A program made the position numbers and the translations under genes. The notes beneath the pieces are model-generated. The model searched no databases, was not told the DNA's origin, and was given only the letters and a program-made list of their open reading frames with translations. This document shows positions 37,257 through 45,815 of a DNA stretch of 64,000 nucleotides, piece after piece. The DNA lies in contig JBFWNL010000008.1 in NCBI GenBank assembly GCA_050251055.1, positions 1-64,000 of the forward strand, in the 5' to 3' direction. The stretch is from Bacteriovoracia bacterium. GTDB taxonomy: Bacteria > Bdellovibrionota > UBA1018 > JBFWNL01. Position 1 is the stretch's first letter; each line of letters begins with the position of its first letter.

Positions 37257-37344
37257 GCTCCCAAAATTCTAACTCGAAGCGCGGCCCCTGAAACTCGGCA
37301 AGTATTGCCGACCGCCGACGCATGCGTCGACAATTTGACGAATC

Positions 37345-38571
37345 CTAGTGTACGACGTCGAGACGCTCGCAATACTTTCGGAGCGCGGCGATTACCTTCT
37401 CCGAGTGCTCCCGCCCACGTGTCTCGAGCGTCAAAGCCACCTCGGTTTCGTCGATTTTGGTATAGGGCTCGTTGCGGTCATGGATCGCCTGCAAGATGCT
37501 CGCCCCCTGCTCGGCGATGATCTGGGTCACGCGGTTCAACGATCCGGGACGATCCGAGATGCCGATATTAAGTCGCACGCGCCTTCCCGTGCGGGTCAGG
37601 CCCCGGTCGATAATACGAGAAAGCAGGTTCACGTCGATATTGCCGCCACTCACCACGAGCACGACTTTTTTCCCGCGAATCTTCTTCTCGAGCTTACGAG
37701 CGACCGCGAGGGGTACCGCGCCGGAACCTTCCACGACGATCTTGGCCTTTTCAATCAGCATGAGCACGGCTTCGGCGATCTCTTCGTCGTCGGCGGTGAA
37801 GACCTGATCGATCACGTCCTCGAGCACGCCGCGCATCACGGGACTCGCACCCTTCACGGCGATCCCGTCGGCGAAGGTGGAGATCTGATCATACTTCACG
37901 GGTCGATGGGTCTTGAGCGACTGAACCAGGGCGGGCGCGCCGCTGGACTGGCAGCCGATGATTTTCACCCGCGGAGAAAGCGCTTTTAGCGCCGTCGCCA
38001 CCCCCGCCATCATGCCTCCGCCACCCATCGAGCCGATCACGACGTCGACGTCGGGCAATTGATCGAGGATTTCGAGCCCCACCGTGCCCTGCCCAGCGAT
38101 GATCGCGGTGTCTTCGTAGGCATGCACGAAGATCCTTCCCGATTTGCGCTGAATTTCCTTGGCCGCGGCGAACGCTTCTTCAAAACTATTGCCCTCGAGC
38201 CGAATCTCGGCGCCTAGCGCCTGCGTGTTCTGCACCTTCATGATCGAGGCCGTCTTCGGCATGACGATCAGGGCATTGACGCCGAAGTGCCGGGCCGCCC
38301 ACGCCACGCCTTGGGCGTGATTACCGGCGCTGGAAGCGACCACGCCGGCCTTGCGCTCGGCCTTGCTCATCATCGAGAGTCGATTCAAAGCGCCGCGAAT
38401 CTTGAACGAACCGATAGGCTGCGCGGTCTCGAGCTTCAAATAGATCTCGGCGCGGAAAAGCTCGGAGAGCCAGGGGTTATAAATCAACGGGGTCGGCTTC
38501 AGGATGTCCCGCAACAGCGAACGCGCGGACTGAATATCCCCTAGGCTAACCCGAAATGACTTTGCGGACAT
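37345..38571 (-). CDS. ilvA: threonine ammonia-lyase with C-terminal ACT domain
   Basis: GSFKIRGA PLP lysine, SAGNHAQG, SGGNID; start revised from 38622. Confidence 0.93.
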   Translation of the reverse strand: MSAKSFRVSLGDIQSARSLLRDILKPTPLIYNPWLSELFRAEIYLKLETAQPIGSFKIRGALNRLSMMSKAERKAGVVASSAGNHAQGVAWAARHFGVNALIVMPKTASIMKVQNTQALGAEIRLEGNSFEEAFAAAKEIQRKSGRIFVHAYEDTAIIAGQGTVGLEILDQLPDVDVVIGSMGGGGMMAGVATALKALSPRVKIIGCQSSGAPALVQSLKTHRPVKYDQISTFADGIAVKGASPVMRGVLEDVIDQVFTADDEEIAEAVLMLIEKAKIVVEGSGAVPLAVARKLEKKIRGKKVVLVVSGGNIDVNLLSRIIDRGLTRTGRRVRLNIGISDRPGSLNRVTQIIAEQGASILQAIHDRNEPYTKIDETEVALTLETRGREHSEKVIAALRKYCERLDVVH

Positions 38572-40016
38572 TATATGGCTCCTTCGGAAACGGGAATACT
38601 CCGGACCTCGGGATCCGCCCATTCAAACAATTCGGAAACACGTCCTTCTCCCTTGGGTCCCGGCTTGATCCAGGCAAAACACTTACGTCCCATGGGTTGG
38701 GTGCATTCCACATCCTTGTAGGCGGGCGACCAGGTACCGGTGTTGATAAGCTCGATATTCTTGATCAATACGTGCATTTCGTAATGCGTGTGGCCGTGGA
38801 TCACTCGCTGCACCTGGGCAATACGGGAGCTGATCGGCACCCTCCCCATCATCACCTTCTGCACCTTCGTCACGCCGGACTCGATCGATCGCGCGTAAAA
38901 GATAAAAATCGGAAAAAGCAGCAGAAACGGCACCAAGAACCACCAAAAAGAAACCCGGGCGAACAAGTTAATGAATGAAAAAAACTGGAAACTCGCCAGG
39001 AAGATAATAGCCAGAAAAAACGCGCGATCGAGCCAGAGCTCGCGCAAGATACGCAGCGGGTTGAAGATGGCGGGGTGCACGTGCAGCGCGTTCAACGTGC
39101 GCACGATTTTGGGTTCCGTATTCGCGCGCTCGGCGATTTCTTCCACGCGGGCTTCGACCGTCAGGGGATCGCGCAACGCCGGCAGCAGGCCTTCGCGCAC
39201 CGAGATCACGAGCGTCGCGCACGCGCTCCAAAACCAATCCCAAGGCAGGAGCGGCTGGGTGCGCATGACGTAAGTGTAAAAAAACACCGCGTACTCCCAG
39301 AGCGATGACTTGATGTAACTTGAATCCACGTGCGGATTCATTAGGCCCATGCCGTTGAGCATGAGCTTGCCCGCCAGATTCCCGAACGGCAGACGCACCA
39401 CCACGGTGCGACCGATGCGAATGAGGGGATGGATGGGATTCGAGCACAAGCAATACGAATCGTATTGATTGCCGTGCTCGATCAGCGTGTCGCCGTTGCT
39501 AATGTAAAACCACTCGCAGAAACGCACGTTTTTCCGCAGCGGCTTAGGCAACTTCAGCATATCCAACACCTTCTGCTGGGCCGCCGGCCAATGCAATTCC
39601 ATGTCGTGATTGCCGATCACGAAGACGACGCGGTTCCCACGCTGGATGAACTCGCTGATGGCCTCCGTCCAGATGTAATGGTCGGTAAGGATCACACCAA
39701 TCTTGTAGACCGACTTCGCTTCCTGCGATTTCAACCCGCGCCGGCGCTCGAGCCAGTTCACCCGGAACGGGGGATGGTCGGGAATCGACATCACGGAATC
39801 AAAGTCAAAAATATCGCCGTTGAGCACGAGCTCGATCTGGCCCTCGATGCTGCCGCTCAAATGCTCGAGCAGGCGCTTGAACGTGCGGTCCGTGAAAAAC
39901 TTCGGGCGCTTGTAGCGTTTCCAAAGCGAATTTCCGGGATGCGGAGGTTCCGCGTCCGCCAGATGCATGTCGCTCAGGACGATGGTGTGCGCGGCTTGTT
40001 TAAATTCGTTCTTCAT
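38571..40016 (-). CDS. membrane-associated metallophosphoesterase
   Basis: SDMH, GDIFD, GNHD, HG, HGHTH motifs; TM helices near the C-terminus. Confidence 0.88.
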   Translation of the reverse strand: MKNEFKQAAHTIVLSDMHLADAEPPHPGNSLWKRYKRPKFFTDRTFKRLLEHLSGSIEGQIELVLNGDIFDFDSVMSIPDHPPFRVNWLERRRGLKSQEAKSVYKIGVILTDHYIWTEAISEFIQRGNRVVFVIGNHDMELHWPAAQQKVLDMLKLPKPLRKNVRFCEWFYISNGDTLIEHGNQYDSYCLCSNPIHPLIRIGRTVVVRLPFGNLAGKLMLNGMGLMNPHVDSSYIKSSLWEYAVFFYTYVMRTQPLLPWDWFWSACATLVISVREGLLPALRDPLTVEARVEEIAERANTEPKIVRTLNALHVHPAIFNPLRILRELWLDRAFFLAIIFLASFQFFSFINLFARVSFWWFLVPFLLLFPIFIFYARSIESGVTKVQKVMMGRVPISSRIAQVQRVIHGHTHYEMHVLIKNIELINTGTWSPAYKDVECTQPMGRKCFAWIKPGPKGEGRVSELFEWADPEVRSIPVSEGAI

Positions 40017-40066
40017 GAATGAGTGGTCGGTGCGCGCGCTCGAAGTTAGGAAGTCGGCCTAAACGC

Positions 40067-40441
40067 CTACTTCTTCCCGAACGAAAGCACGTAATAGACT
40101 AACCCCCAACGATCCTCTTCCGCAATCGTAGGAAATCCGACCATCGCGGTGTTCTGGCCCTTAACCTTCAACCCTTCGGTGATGGTCTTGAAAATCTGCT
40201 CGGGCTTGGAACCCGCCTTGAAACCCTTGCGGTCGGCGTAATTTCTGGGCGGCGGATTCAAATATTGTCCCGCGGGCCCCTTGCCGTCGCCCTTGTCGCC
40301 ATGACAAGTCACGCAGTAAGTCGCGTAGGCGGCCTTTCCTTTTGCCACGAGTTCGGGAGTTTCCTTGGGCACACTGGGGGATGCTTTTGGCGCAGCTTCC
40401 GCGGACAGGGCCAACGCGAAAATCCAGGCGGTAAAAATCAT
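40067..40441 (-). CDS. cytochrome c (class I)
   Basis: Signal peptide; CVTCHG; PPRNY; distal Met (TAMVGF). Confidence 0.92.
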   Translation of the reverse strand: MIFTAWIFALALSAEAAPKASPSVPKETPELVAKGKAAYATYCVTCHGDKGDGKGPAGQYLNPPPRNYADRKGFKAGSKPEQIFKTITEGLKVKGQNTAMVGFPTIAEEDRWGLVYYVLSFGKK

Positions 40442-40460
40442 AACGGCTCCTTGAAAAGAA

Positions 40461-40537
40461 TGGCGACCCCGGCAGGACTCGAACCTGCGGCCTAGTGCTT
40501 AGAAGGCACTTGCTCTATCCAGCTGAGCTACGGGGTC
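40461..40537 (-). tRNA. tRNA-Arg(TCT)
   Basis: Minus strand GACCCCGTAGCTCAG...AGTGC-CTTCTAA-GCACT...GGTTCGAGTCC...CGGGGTCGCCA. Confidence 0.96.
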
Positions 40538-40611
40538 AGATTTAAATCAATTTACACCATGTTTCCATGATCTTAGGCAAGCCCCAATGGGCGTGTTACA
40601 CTGGAGAAGGC

Positions 40612-40839
40612 ATGGCCATGTACGAATACTACTGCGACGGCTGCAAACTGAAGTTCGAGCAGATCACCAGCTCGACCGATCCCGATCAGGGTAAGTGTCC
40701 GAAATGCCAAAAGAAAAACACCAAGAAATTAATCTCTAAATTCGCGGTCGCCGGACAAGGAGACCTGCGCGAGAGCATCATCCACGGATGCCACGACGTG
40801 GACGTTCCCCATTCGCACTCCGATCACGAATCCGACTAA
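40612..40839 (+). CDS. FmdB family zinc-ribbon protein
   Basis: YEYYCDGC...FE...CPKC...KLIS; His-rich tail. Confidence 0.9.
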   Translation: MAMYEYYCDGCKLKFEQITSSTDPDQGKCPKCQKKNTKKLISKFAVAGQGDLRESIIHGCHDVDVPHSHSDHESD

Positions 40840-40869
40840 GCGCAAATCACGCTCTGAAGCTAAGGGGTG

Positions 40870-42111
40870 CTAAGGATTCGACGCTTGCACCTTCCCGGTG
40901 CCCGTTGAGTTTTCGATCTTACCTTGGAAATTCACGCCCACCAGCGGACCCGCCTCCTTCAACTTCTGGGCGGTAACACTTCCAGAAGCCGTCGAGTTGC
41001 GAATCACTCCCGGAGCCGCCAGGTGCCCCACGAGCCCCCCCACTCGGCTACCGCCCACCACATTCCCATCCGCGGACGAATTTTCCACCACGGCCGGGTT
41101 CTGCGAAGGAGCCTCGGGATCCATCGTATCCGTTCCACAATAGCCCACCAAACCGCCCACCTGGGAAGTGCCCGTGACCTGCGCGGAGGCGCGGCCCTGG
41201 ACGATCAGGCTAGTTCGCTCCCGCCCGCCCGAAGAAATCAGCGCTCCCACCAGCCCACCGACTCGGCGATTCCCTCGCACGGTACCTTCGGCTTTCGACG
41301 AGTAAATCGCTCCCCCTTCGAGATGCCCGACCAGGCCGCCCGCCTCGGTTAGGCGATTCGCTCTTTCGGGCACGTGCACCTTCGCTTGCGAAGACGAGTC
41401 GGAAATCACTCCTCCGAGGTTGCGGCCCACCAAACCTCCCACGGCGACATTGCCGATGATGCGGCTATTTTTCCCATTCACCGCGCAGCGGGTGATCTTG
41501 CCTAGATTAAACGCCGCGATTCCGCCGACAGGACGGCGATTATCGGCGGCGACGAAAAGATCGGTGAAAATCACATCTTTAATTTCGGCGTACTCCTCGA
41601 GCCGGATGATAAAGCCTGCGCCGTCGGTTTCGGGGTTCACCACGCGGATTTTCGAGATGGCAAAGCCCGCGCCGTCGAACGTACCCAGGAAGGAATCAAT
41701 GGGCTTGAAATCCCCTTTCAGTTCGAGGCTCGTCGCCAGGCGAAAGGAAAGCTCGGAGTGGCGAGCGACGTTCGCCAGCTGGGCCTGGCTGCAGATGAGA
41801 TAGGGATCCTGGGGAGTGCCATTACCGCCGCCAAAGGGCGCCTGGGTGGAATCACAAACGGGGCCGGGCTCGCCCGGCTCGGCGGGCGGAGAGTCTGAAT
41901 CCTCCGGTGGAAGCGGCGGCAACGGGGAAGGCGCTTCCGGTTCCTGGGATCCCGTGGGAGTCGCCGCGGAATCCTGCTTGGATGATCCGCGACCCGCCGG
42001 TGGAAGCGGCTCACGCTTGGAATACCCACAAGCCCCGATCGAAACAAAGGCCAAATTCGCAAGGATACCCAAGAGCACCCAAGCCCGCGCGTTCTGTAAT
42101 TGCTTTTTCAT
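40870..42111 (-). CDS. GLUG-repeat lipoprotein
   Basis: IGAC lipobox, GGNGTPQDPYLI, repeated VGGLVG; start revised from 42171. Confidence 0.85.
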   Translation of the reverse strand: MKKQLQNARAWVLLGILANLAFVSIGACGYSKREPLPPAGRGSSKQDSAATPTGSQEPEAPSPLPPLPPEDSDSPPAEPGEPGPVCDSTQAPFGGGNGTPQDPYLICSQAQLANVARHSELSFRLATSLELKGDFKPIDSFLGTFDGAGFAISKIRVVNPETDGAGFIIRLEEYAEIKDVIFTDLFVAADNRRPVGGIAAFNLGKITRCAVNGKNSRIIGNVAVGGLVGRNLGGVISDSSSQAKVHVPERANRLTEAGGLVGHLEGGAIYSSKAEGTVRGNRRVGGLVGALISSGGRERTSLIVQGRASAQVTGTSQVGGLVGYCGTDTMDPEAPSQNPAVVENSSADGNVVGGSRVGGLVGHLAAPGVIRNSTASGSVTAQKLKEAGPLVGVNFQGKIENSTGTGKVQASNP

Positions 42112-42255
42112 GCTTCCTATCCGCCCTCGATAAGTCTGGCGCACCGTATAATACAGATAAATAGGTGTCAACGCTCACGCAGGCGCTGGAATCTCGGGGG
42201 AAAATCGTATACGGAAACGAAAGCCTTGAAGTAAGATTCCGGTAAGTTTCCCGTC

Positions 42256-42339
42256 GCTCGCGTGGTGGAATGGCAGACACGCTGGTCTTAGGAACCAGTG
42301 CCGCAAGGCGTGGGGGTTCGAGTCCCTCCGCGAGCACCA
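42256..42339 (+). tRNA. tRNA-Leu(TAG)
   Basis: GCTCGCG/CGCGAGC acceptor stem, CTGGT-CTTAGGA-ACCAG anticodon arm, long variable arm, CCA. Confidence 0.96.
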
Positions 42340-42478
42340 ACCTTAGTTTTGTTTTCAAAAAAAATACTCCGCTCATGGGGGGACGCCCATCCACGGGCTC
42401 GACCCTTCTTTCCCTTCCTGGACCGGGCCCCCCCATGAGCGGAGTATTTTTTTTGAAAACAAAACTAAGATTGGTGCT
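42333..42478. repeat. tRNA-adjacent fold-back element A (50-bp arms, 46-nt loop)
   Basis: 42333-42382 is the reverse complement of 42429-42478 with one mismatch; the loop core is shared with element B. Confidence 0.92.
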
Positions 42479-42656
42479 GGCTATAATAATGAAACGCGTA
42501 ACGTTTCGTGCCTTGCGGAGGGACTCGAACGGCGGAAGGCGGGTCCCGTTTCTCGACACCTTCCCATGAACTCAGAGTCAATTTCCGACGTCAAACTTCT
42601 GACGATCGATGCTTATCCGAATTGCAGTCACAACCGATAAGCTTTACAGGTCCACC

Positions 42657-43349
42657 ATGTATCACATCTTAGTTGTCGAAGACGGAGCCGACACACGGCT
42701 CCTCCTAAAGAAAGCGCTGAGCGGTATCGCCGCCGAGCTGCACTTCGCCGAAACCTTGGAAGCCGCGCGCGCGGAGCTCACACAGATACGCCCGCATCTG
42801 ATTATCTTGGACATCGAGCTACCCGATGGCGATGGCCTGCAATTCTGCAGCGAACTGCAGGCGCAGGGAGATTTTACCGACGTCGCCTACCTATTTCTTA
42901 CGGGACAAAAGTCCACGCCCCAGAAGGTGGCCGCATTCGCCATGGGCGCCGAGGACTTCATCGAAAAACCCTTCAATCCCGTGGAGCTCAAGGCACGCGT
43001 CGAAGCCCGTCTGCGCAAGCTCGCACAACGTCTGCGTGAGGAGCAAGTGCTCGTTCGCGGCGATCTTACCTTAAACGCCACTTCTCACCGCGCGTTTCTC
43101 AAGGGACCTAAAGGGGAAGAATCCATCGCGCTTACCCCGCGTGAATTCCGCCTGCTGTTTTACCTGGCCCGGCACGAAGACCACGTACTTACCCGTGATC
43201 AGATTTTAAGCGCCGTCTGGGGCGATGCCGCTCAGGTCTTCGACCGTACGGTCGATACCTACATTTCCAATCTGCGCCGAAAACTAAAAACGGCCTCGAG
43301 TTACCTCGAGGCCGTTCCTGGTACAGGATATCGATTCACCACTACCTAG
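42657..43349 (+). CDS. OmpR-family response regulator
   Basis: ILVVED, LDIELPDGDG, KPF, LTPREF, DRTVDTYISNLRRKL, GTGYRF. Confidence 0.95.
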   Translation: MYHILVVEDGADTRLLLKKALSGIAAELHFAETLEAARAELTQIRPHLIILDIELPDGDGLQFCSELQAQGDFTDVAYLFLTGQKSTPQKVAAFAMGAEDFIEKPFNPVELKARVEARLRKLAQRLREEQVLVRGDLTLNATSHRAFLKGPKGEESIALTPREFRLLFYLARHEDHVLTRDQILSAVWGDAAQVFDRTVDTYISNLRRKLKTASSYLEAVPGTGYRFTTT

Positions 43350-43360
43350 GCAGCATTAGG

Positions 43361-44329
43361 TTAGAAGCGAATCGTGTCGGTCCGTCCGGCCATGCCGTCC
43401 GTTTTGTCTACAACCGTGTAAGTGAGCTGTCGATTCAAGGCGTCCCAGTGCATCTTGCAATACACTACATTGCCCACTTCCGAGATCAGGTTAAACTCGC
43501 TGATATCAACGTTCCAAACCTGGAAGCCCGTGGCGCCGATACCTTGGTCCGCGCTACCGTTCTTCTGGTGGCGGAAGGTCAGCCAGCCGCCGGTCTTTTC
43601 ACCACTCGGGAAGAAAAGGTAGTCGTGGTGACAGGCGCTATAGGCCTTGGCGGGAATCATTTCGCCTACAGCGCCCATGATGAACTTAGCGTTGATGCCG
43701 TTCGTTCCATTCGCACCGTTCACGCCGTTACAAACTACATTCACCGACGACTTCGCGTCGCCGTTAATAATGCTGTAAACCACCCCACCGGCCGGACATT
43801 GCGCCGCGGTTGCCGCCGACATCTTGATCTGCGCACTTTGGCCGTTGACGCCATCCTTGCCATCGCGGCCGTCTTGACCGGCGATGCCGTTGCAGATCAC
43901 CGCCTTCGAAGTGAGGGCTTCGTCCTTGTCTTGCACGCCATCGTTGTTTTTATCGATGAAGGTATAAACCAAGGTTCCGCCGGCCGGGCAGGCGGCCGCG
44001 GGCGCCGCCTGCACCAAAACGCCCGCGCCATAGCCCTGCGCGCCGTCTTTACCGGTTTGCCCGTTGACGCCGTTGCAGATATGCCGGTAGCTGATCACGG
44101 TCTCCGAGTTCTCCCACTTTTGATTCTTATTCGCGTCCAGGAACTGCACGATGGAAACCCCGCCGTTCACGCAGGCCGTCTCACTGGCATCCATCACGTC
44201 CGTCGCCACAGGAACGACTTCGTTCACGATCGCCGGGGTCGCGGTTCCGTCCCGCAGGCTTTCGACGCCGTTGCACCCGGAAACCGCGACCACTCCTCCC
44301 ACAATCATCACCACCGCTAAGTTCCTCAC
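43361..44329 (-). CDS. lipoprotein with CPAGG/CNG repeats and short collagen-like segments
   Basis: VSGC lipobox; three C-x-x-GG...CNG repeats separated by G-x-x triplets. Confidence 0.75.
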   Translation of the reverse strand: MRNLAVVMIVGGVVAVSGCNGVESLRDGTATPAIVNEVVPVATDVMDASETACVNGGVSIVQFLDANKNQKWENSETVISYRHICNGVNGQTGKDGAQGYGAGVLVQAAPAAACPAGGTLVYTFIDKNNDGVQDKDEALTSKAVICNGIAGQDGRDGKDGVNGQSAQIKMSAATAAQCPAGGVVYSIINGDAKSSVNVVCNGVNGANGTNGINAKFIMGAVGEMIPAKAYSACHHDYLFFPSGEKTGGWLTFRHQKNGSADQGIGATGFQVWNVDISEFNLISEVGNVVYCKMHWDALNRQLTYTVVDKTDGMAGRTDTIRF

Positions 44330-44428
44330 AAAAACCTCCTGTACCTGGCTCTAGTTTCTCAACCCACCATGAACTGGCTGTGGAAAGGGTGTTTAAGAAT
44401 CTTAATGACTTAAATTTATGTTTTTATT

Positions 44429-44953
44429 ATGGTTTTACACGTGAACCAAGCTCGCTTTGATAAGTCGAAAATCGTGGCCAAGATCGTAAGCCAGCTCGAG
44501 GAAGAGGCCCGCGCCTTGGAAGCTTCGGCGCTCGCCGCCCACGCCGCCGCCACCCACGAGGAGAGCAAGTCGGAAGACAAGCACGACACCCGGGGGCTCG
44601 AGGCCTCCTACCTGGCCGGCGCGCAAGGTAACCGCGTGCTAGAGCTACGAAGATTGATCGCCGCCTACCGCACTTTTTCACCGGCGCCGTTTGACGTTCA
44701 CGCACCCTTGGCGCCTGGAGCACTGGTCGAACTCGACGGCCAAGGTCGAAAGACCTATGTGCTGTTAGTGGAACACGGGGGAGGCATACGTATAGAGTAC
44801 GATGCGGAAGGACGCCCAATCCTGGTCCAAACCCTCTCGATTCAATCTCCCCTGGGAGAAGCGGTGTTCAGCTCCCGATTGGGCGAAGACATTTCTCTCG
44901 AGGGTGACGGAAAGTCCCCTACCCGGGAGTATTCAATTACCGGCGTCTGGTAG
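44429..44953 (+). CDS. GreA/GreB-like protein
   Basis: ATHEESKSEDKHDTRGLEASYLA...SPLG. Confidence 0.85.
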   Translation: MVLHVNQARFDKSKIVAKIVSQLEEEARALEASALAAHAAATHEESKSEDKHDTRGLEASYLAGAQGNRVLELRRLIAAYRTFSPAPFDVHAPLAPGALVELDGQGRKTYVLLVEHGGGIRIEYDAEGRPILVQTLSIQSPLGEAVFSSRLGEDISLEGDGKSPTREYSITGVW

Positions 44954-44959
44954 AGCGCG

Positions 44960-45073
44960 CTAGGTACAACCGCGCGCCAGATACACGATGAACAGCACGG
45001 ATGCCGGTACGCCGAGCAACCACGCAAAGATGTATCCGATGGCGCCTTGTTCGTTCAGTTTATACAGCTTCAT
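44960..45073 (-). CDS. small single-pass membrane protein (37 aa)
   Basis: MKLYKLNEQGAIGYIFAWLLGVPASVLFIVYLARGCT; AAGGAAG RBS and TAATG coupling. Confidence 0.65.
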   Translation of the reverse strand: MKLYKLNEQGAIGYIFAWLLGVPASVLFIVYLARGCT

Positions 45074-45687
45074 TACCGCTTCCTTCCCGATAGGTGATGA
45101 TGCGGATGCGACTCCTTGCGTAGCCACGGGGCGAATACCAATGCCGCCAGCAGCAAGGGTGCCCCGAAGATCAACGTCCAGGTCGTGATAAATCCGACTA
45201 TATCCGCCGACGTGACCTGGGCCGATCCGGGTGGCCACGCCAACCGCGTCGCCGCGAGCTGGTAGACCAAACCTACCGCCGAGCCATACACGACGTGGCC
45301 TCCCAGGTGCGCCACCGCCACCGAAAGCCCCGCTTTCTGGAACTTAGGCAGCGGATGGTGTTCTGCCACGGCGATGATCAAGAGCAGAGCCACCACCATG
45401 CCGTGGACCACACCCATCATCGTCCCCATCATCCAGATCGCAGAGTAGGTAGCCGGCAAGGGCGCCGCGCGAAGAATCGCGTAATAAATGACGGAAAAGA
45501 AAATACCGCCTAAATAGAGGATAAAAAGCCCGATGCCGTAGGAGTTTTGAAGCTTGCGCGTCCAAAGACTGCCCAATGCCCGCACCATATCAGTCGGCGT
45601 CTTCGTTAGCTTGGATACCAAAACCATGAAGGCCATCATCAACGTGGTACCGAGCAGGCCGGCGAAAACGATTAGTATGATTTCCAT
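45073..45687 (-). CDS. multi-pass membrane protein
   Basis: Several TM helices; AGLLGTTLM and GHVVYG motifs. Confidence 0.75.
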   Translation of the reverse strand: MEIILIVFAGLLGTTLMMAFMVLVSKLTKTPTDMVRALGSLWTRKLQNSYGIGLFILYLGGIFFSVIYYAILRAAPLPATYSAIWMMGTMMGVVHGMVVALLLIIAVAEHHPLPKFQKAGLSVAVAHLGGHVVYGSAVGLVYQLAATRLAWPPGSAQVTSADIVGFITTWTLIFGAPLLLAALVFAPWLRKESHPHHHLSGRKR

Positions 45688-45815
45688 AGATTTCTCCCAT
45701 CATTATCCACGGCAATTAAGTGCAAGCTCCGAACCAAGTGGGAGAAGTGCGCGAACCGACGGTGGCGCCGTAGTCGCGGGCGTTTTTGTCATGACGAACG
45801 GGAAATATTGGCGAA

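Noticed and set aside
42165-42223. Possible degenerate box B/box A pair upstream of the GLUG lipoprotein
   Set aside because: Spacing is 26 rather than 23 and the second half-sites are poor; more simply a TTGACA -35 element
42011-42569. ORFs on both strands sharing an identical peptide (STNLSFVFKKNTPLMGG)
   Set aside because: By-product of the tRNA-Leu fold-back palindrome, not coding
15339-43349. Histidine kinase and OmpR regulator as a cognate pair controlling box A
   Set aside because: 25 kb apart with no linkage, and OmpR-family sites are typically direct repeats; cannot be excluded but unsupported
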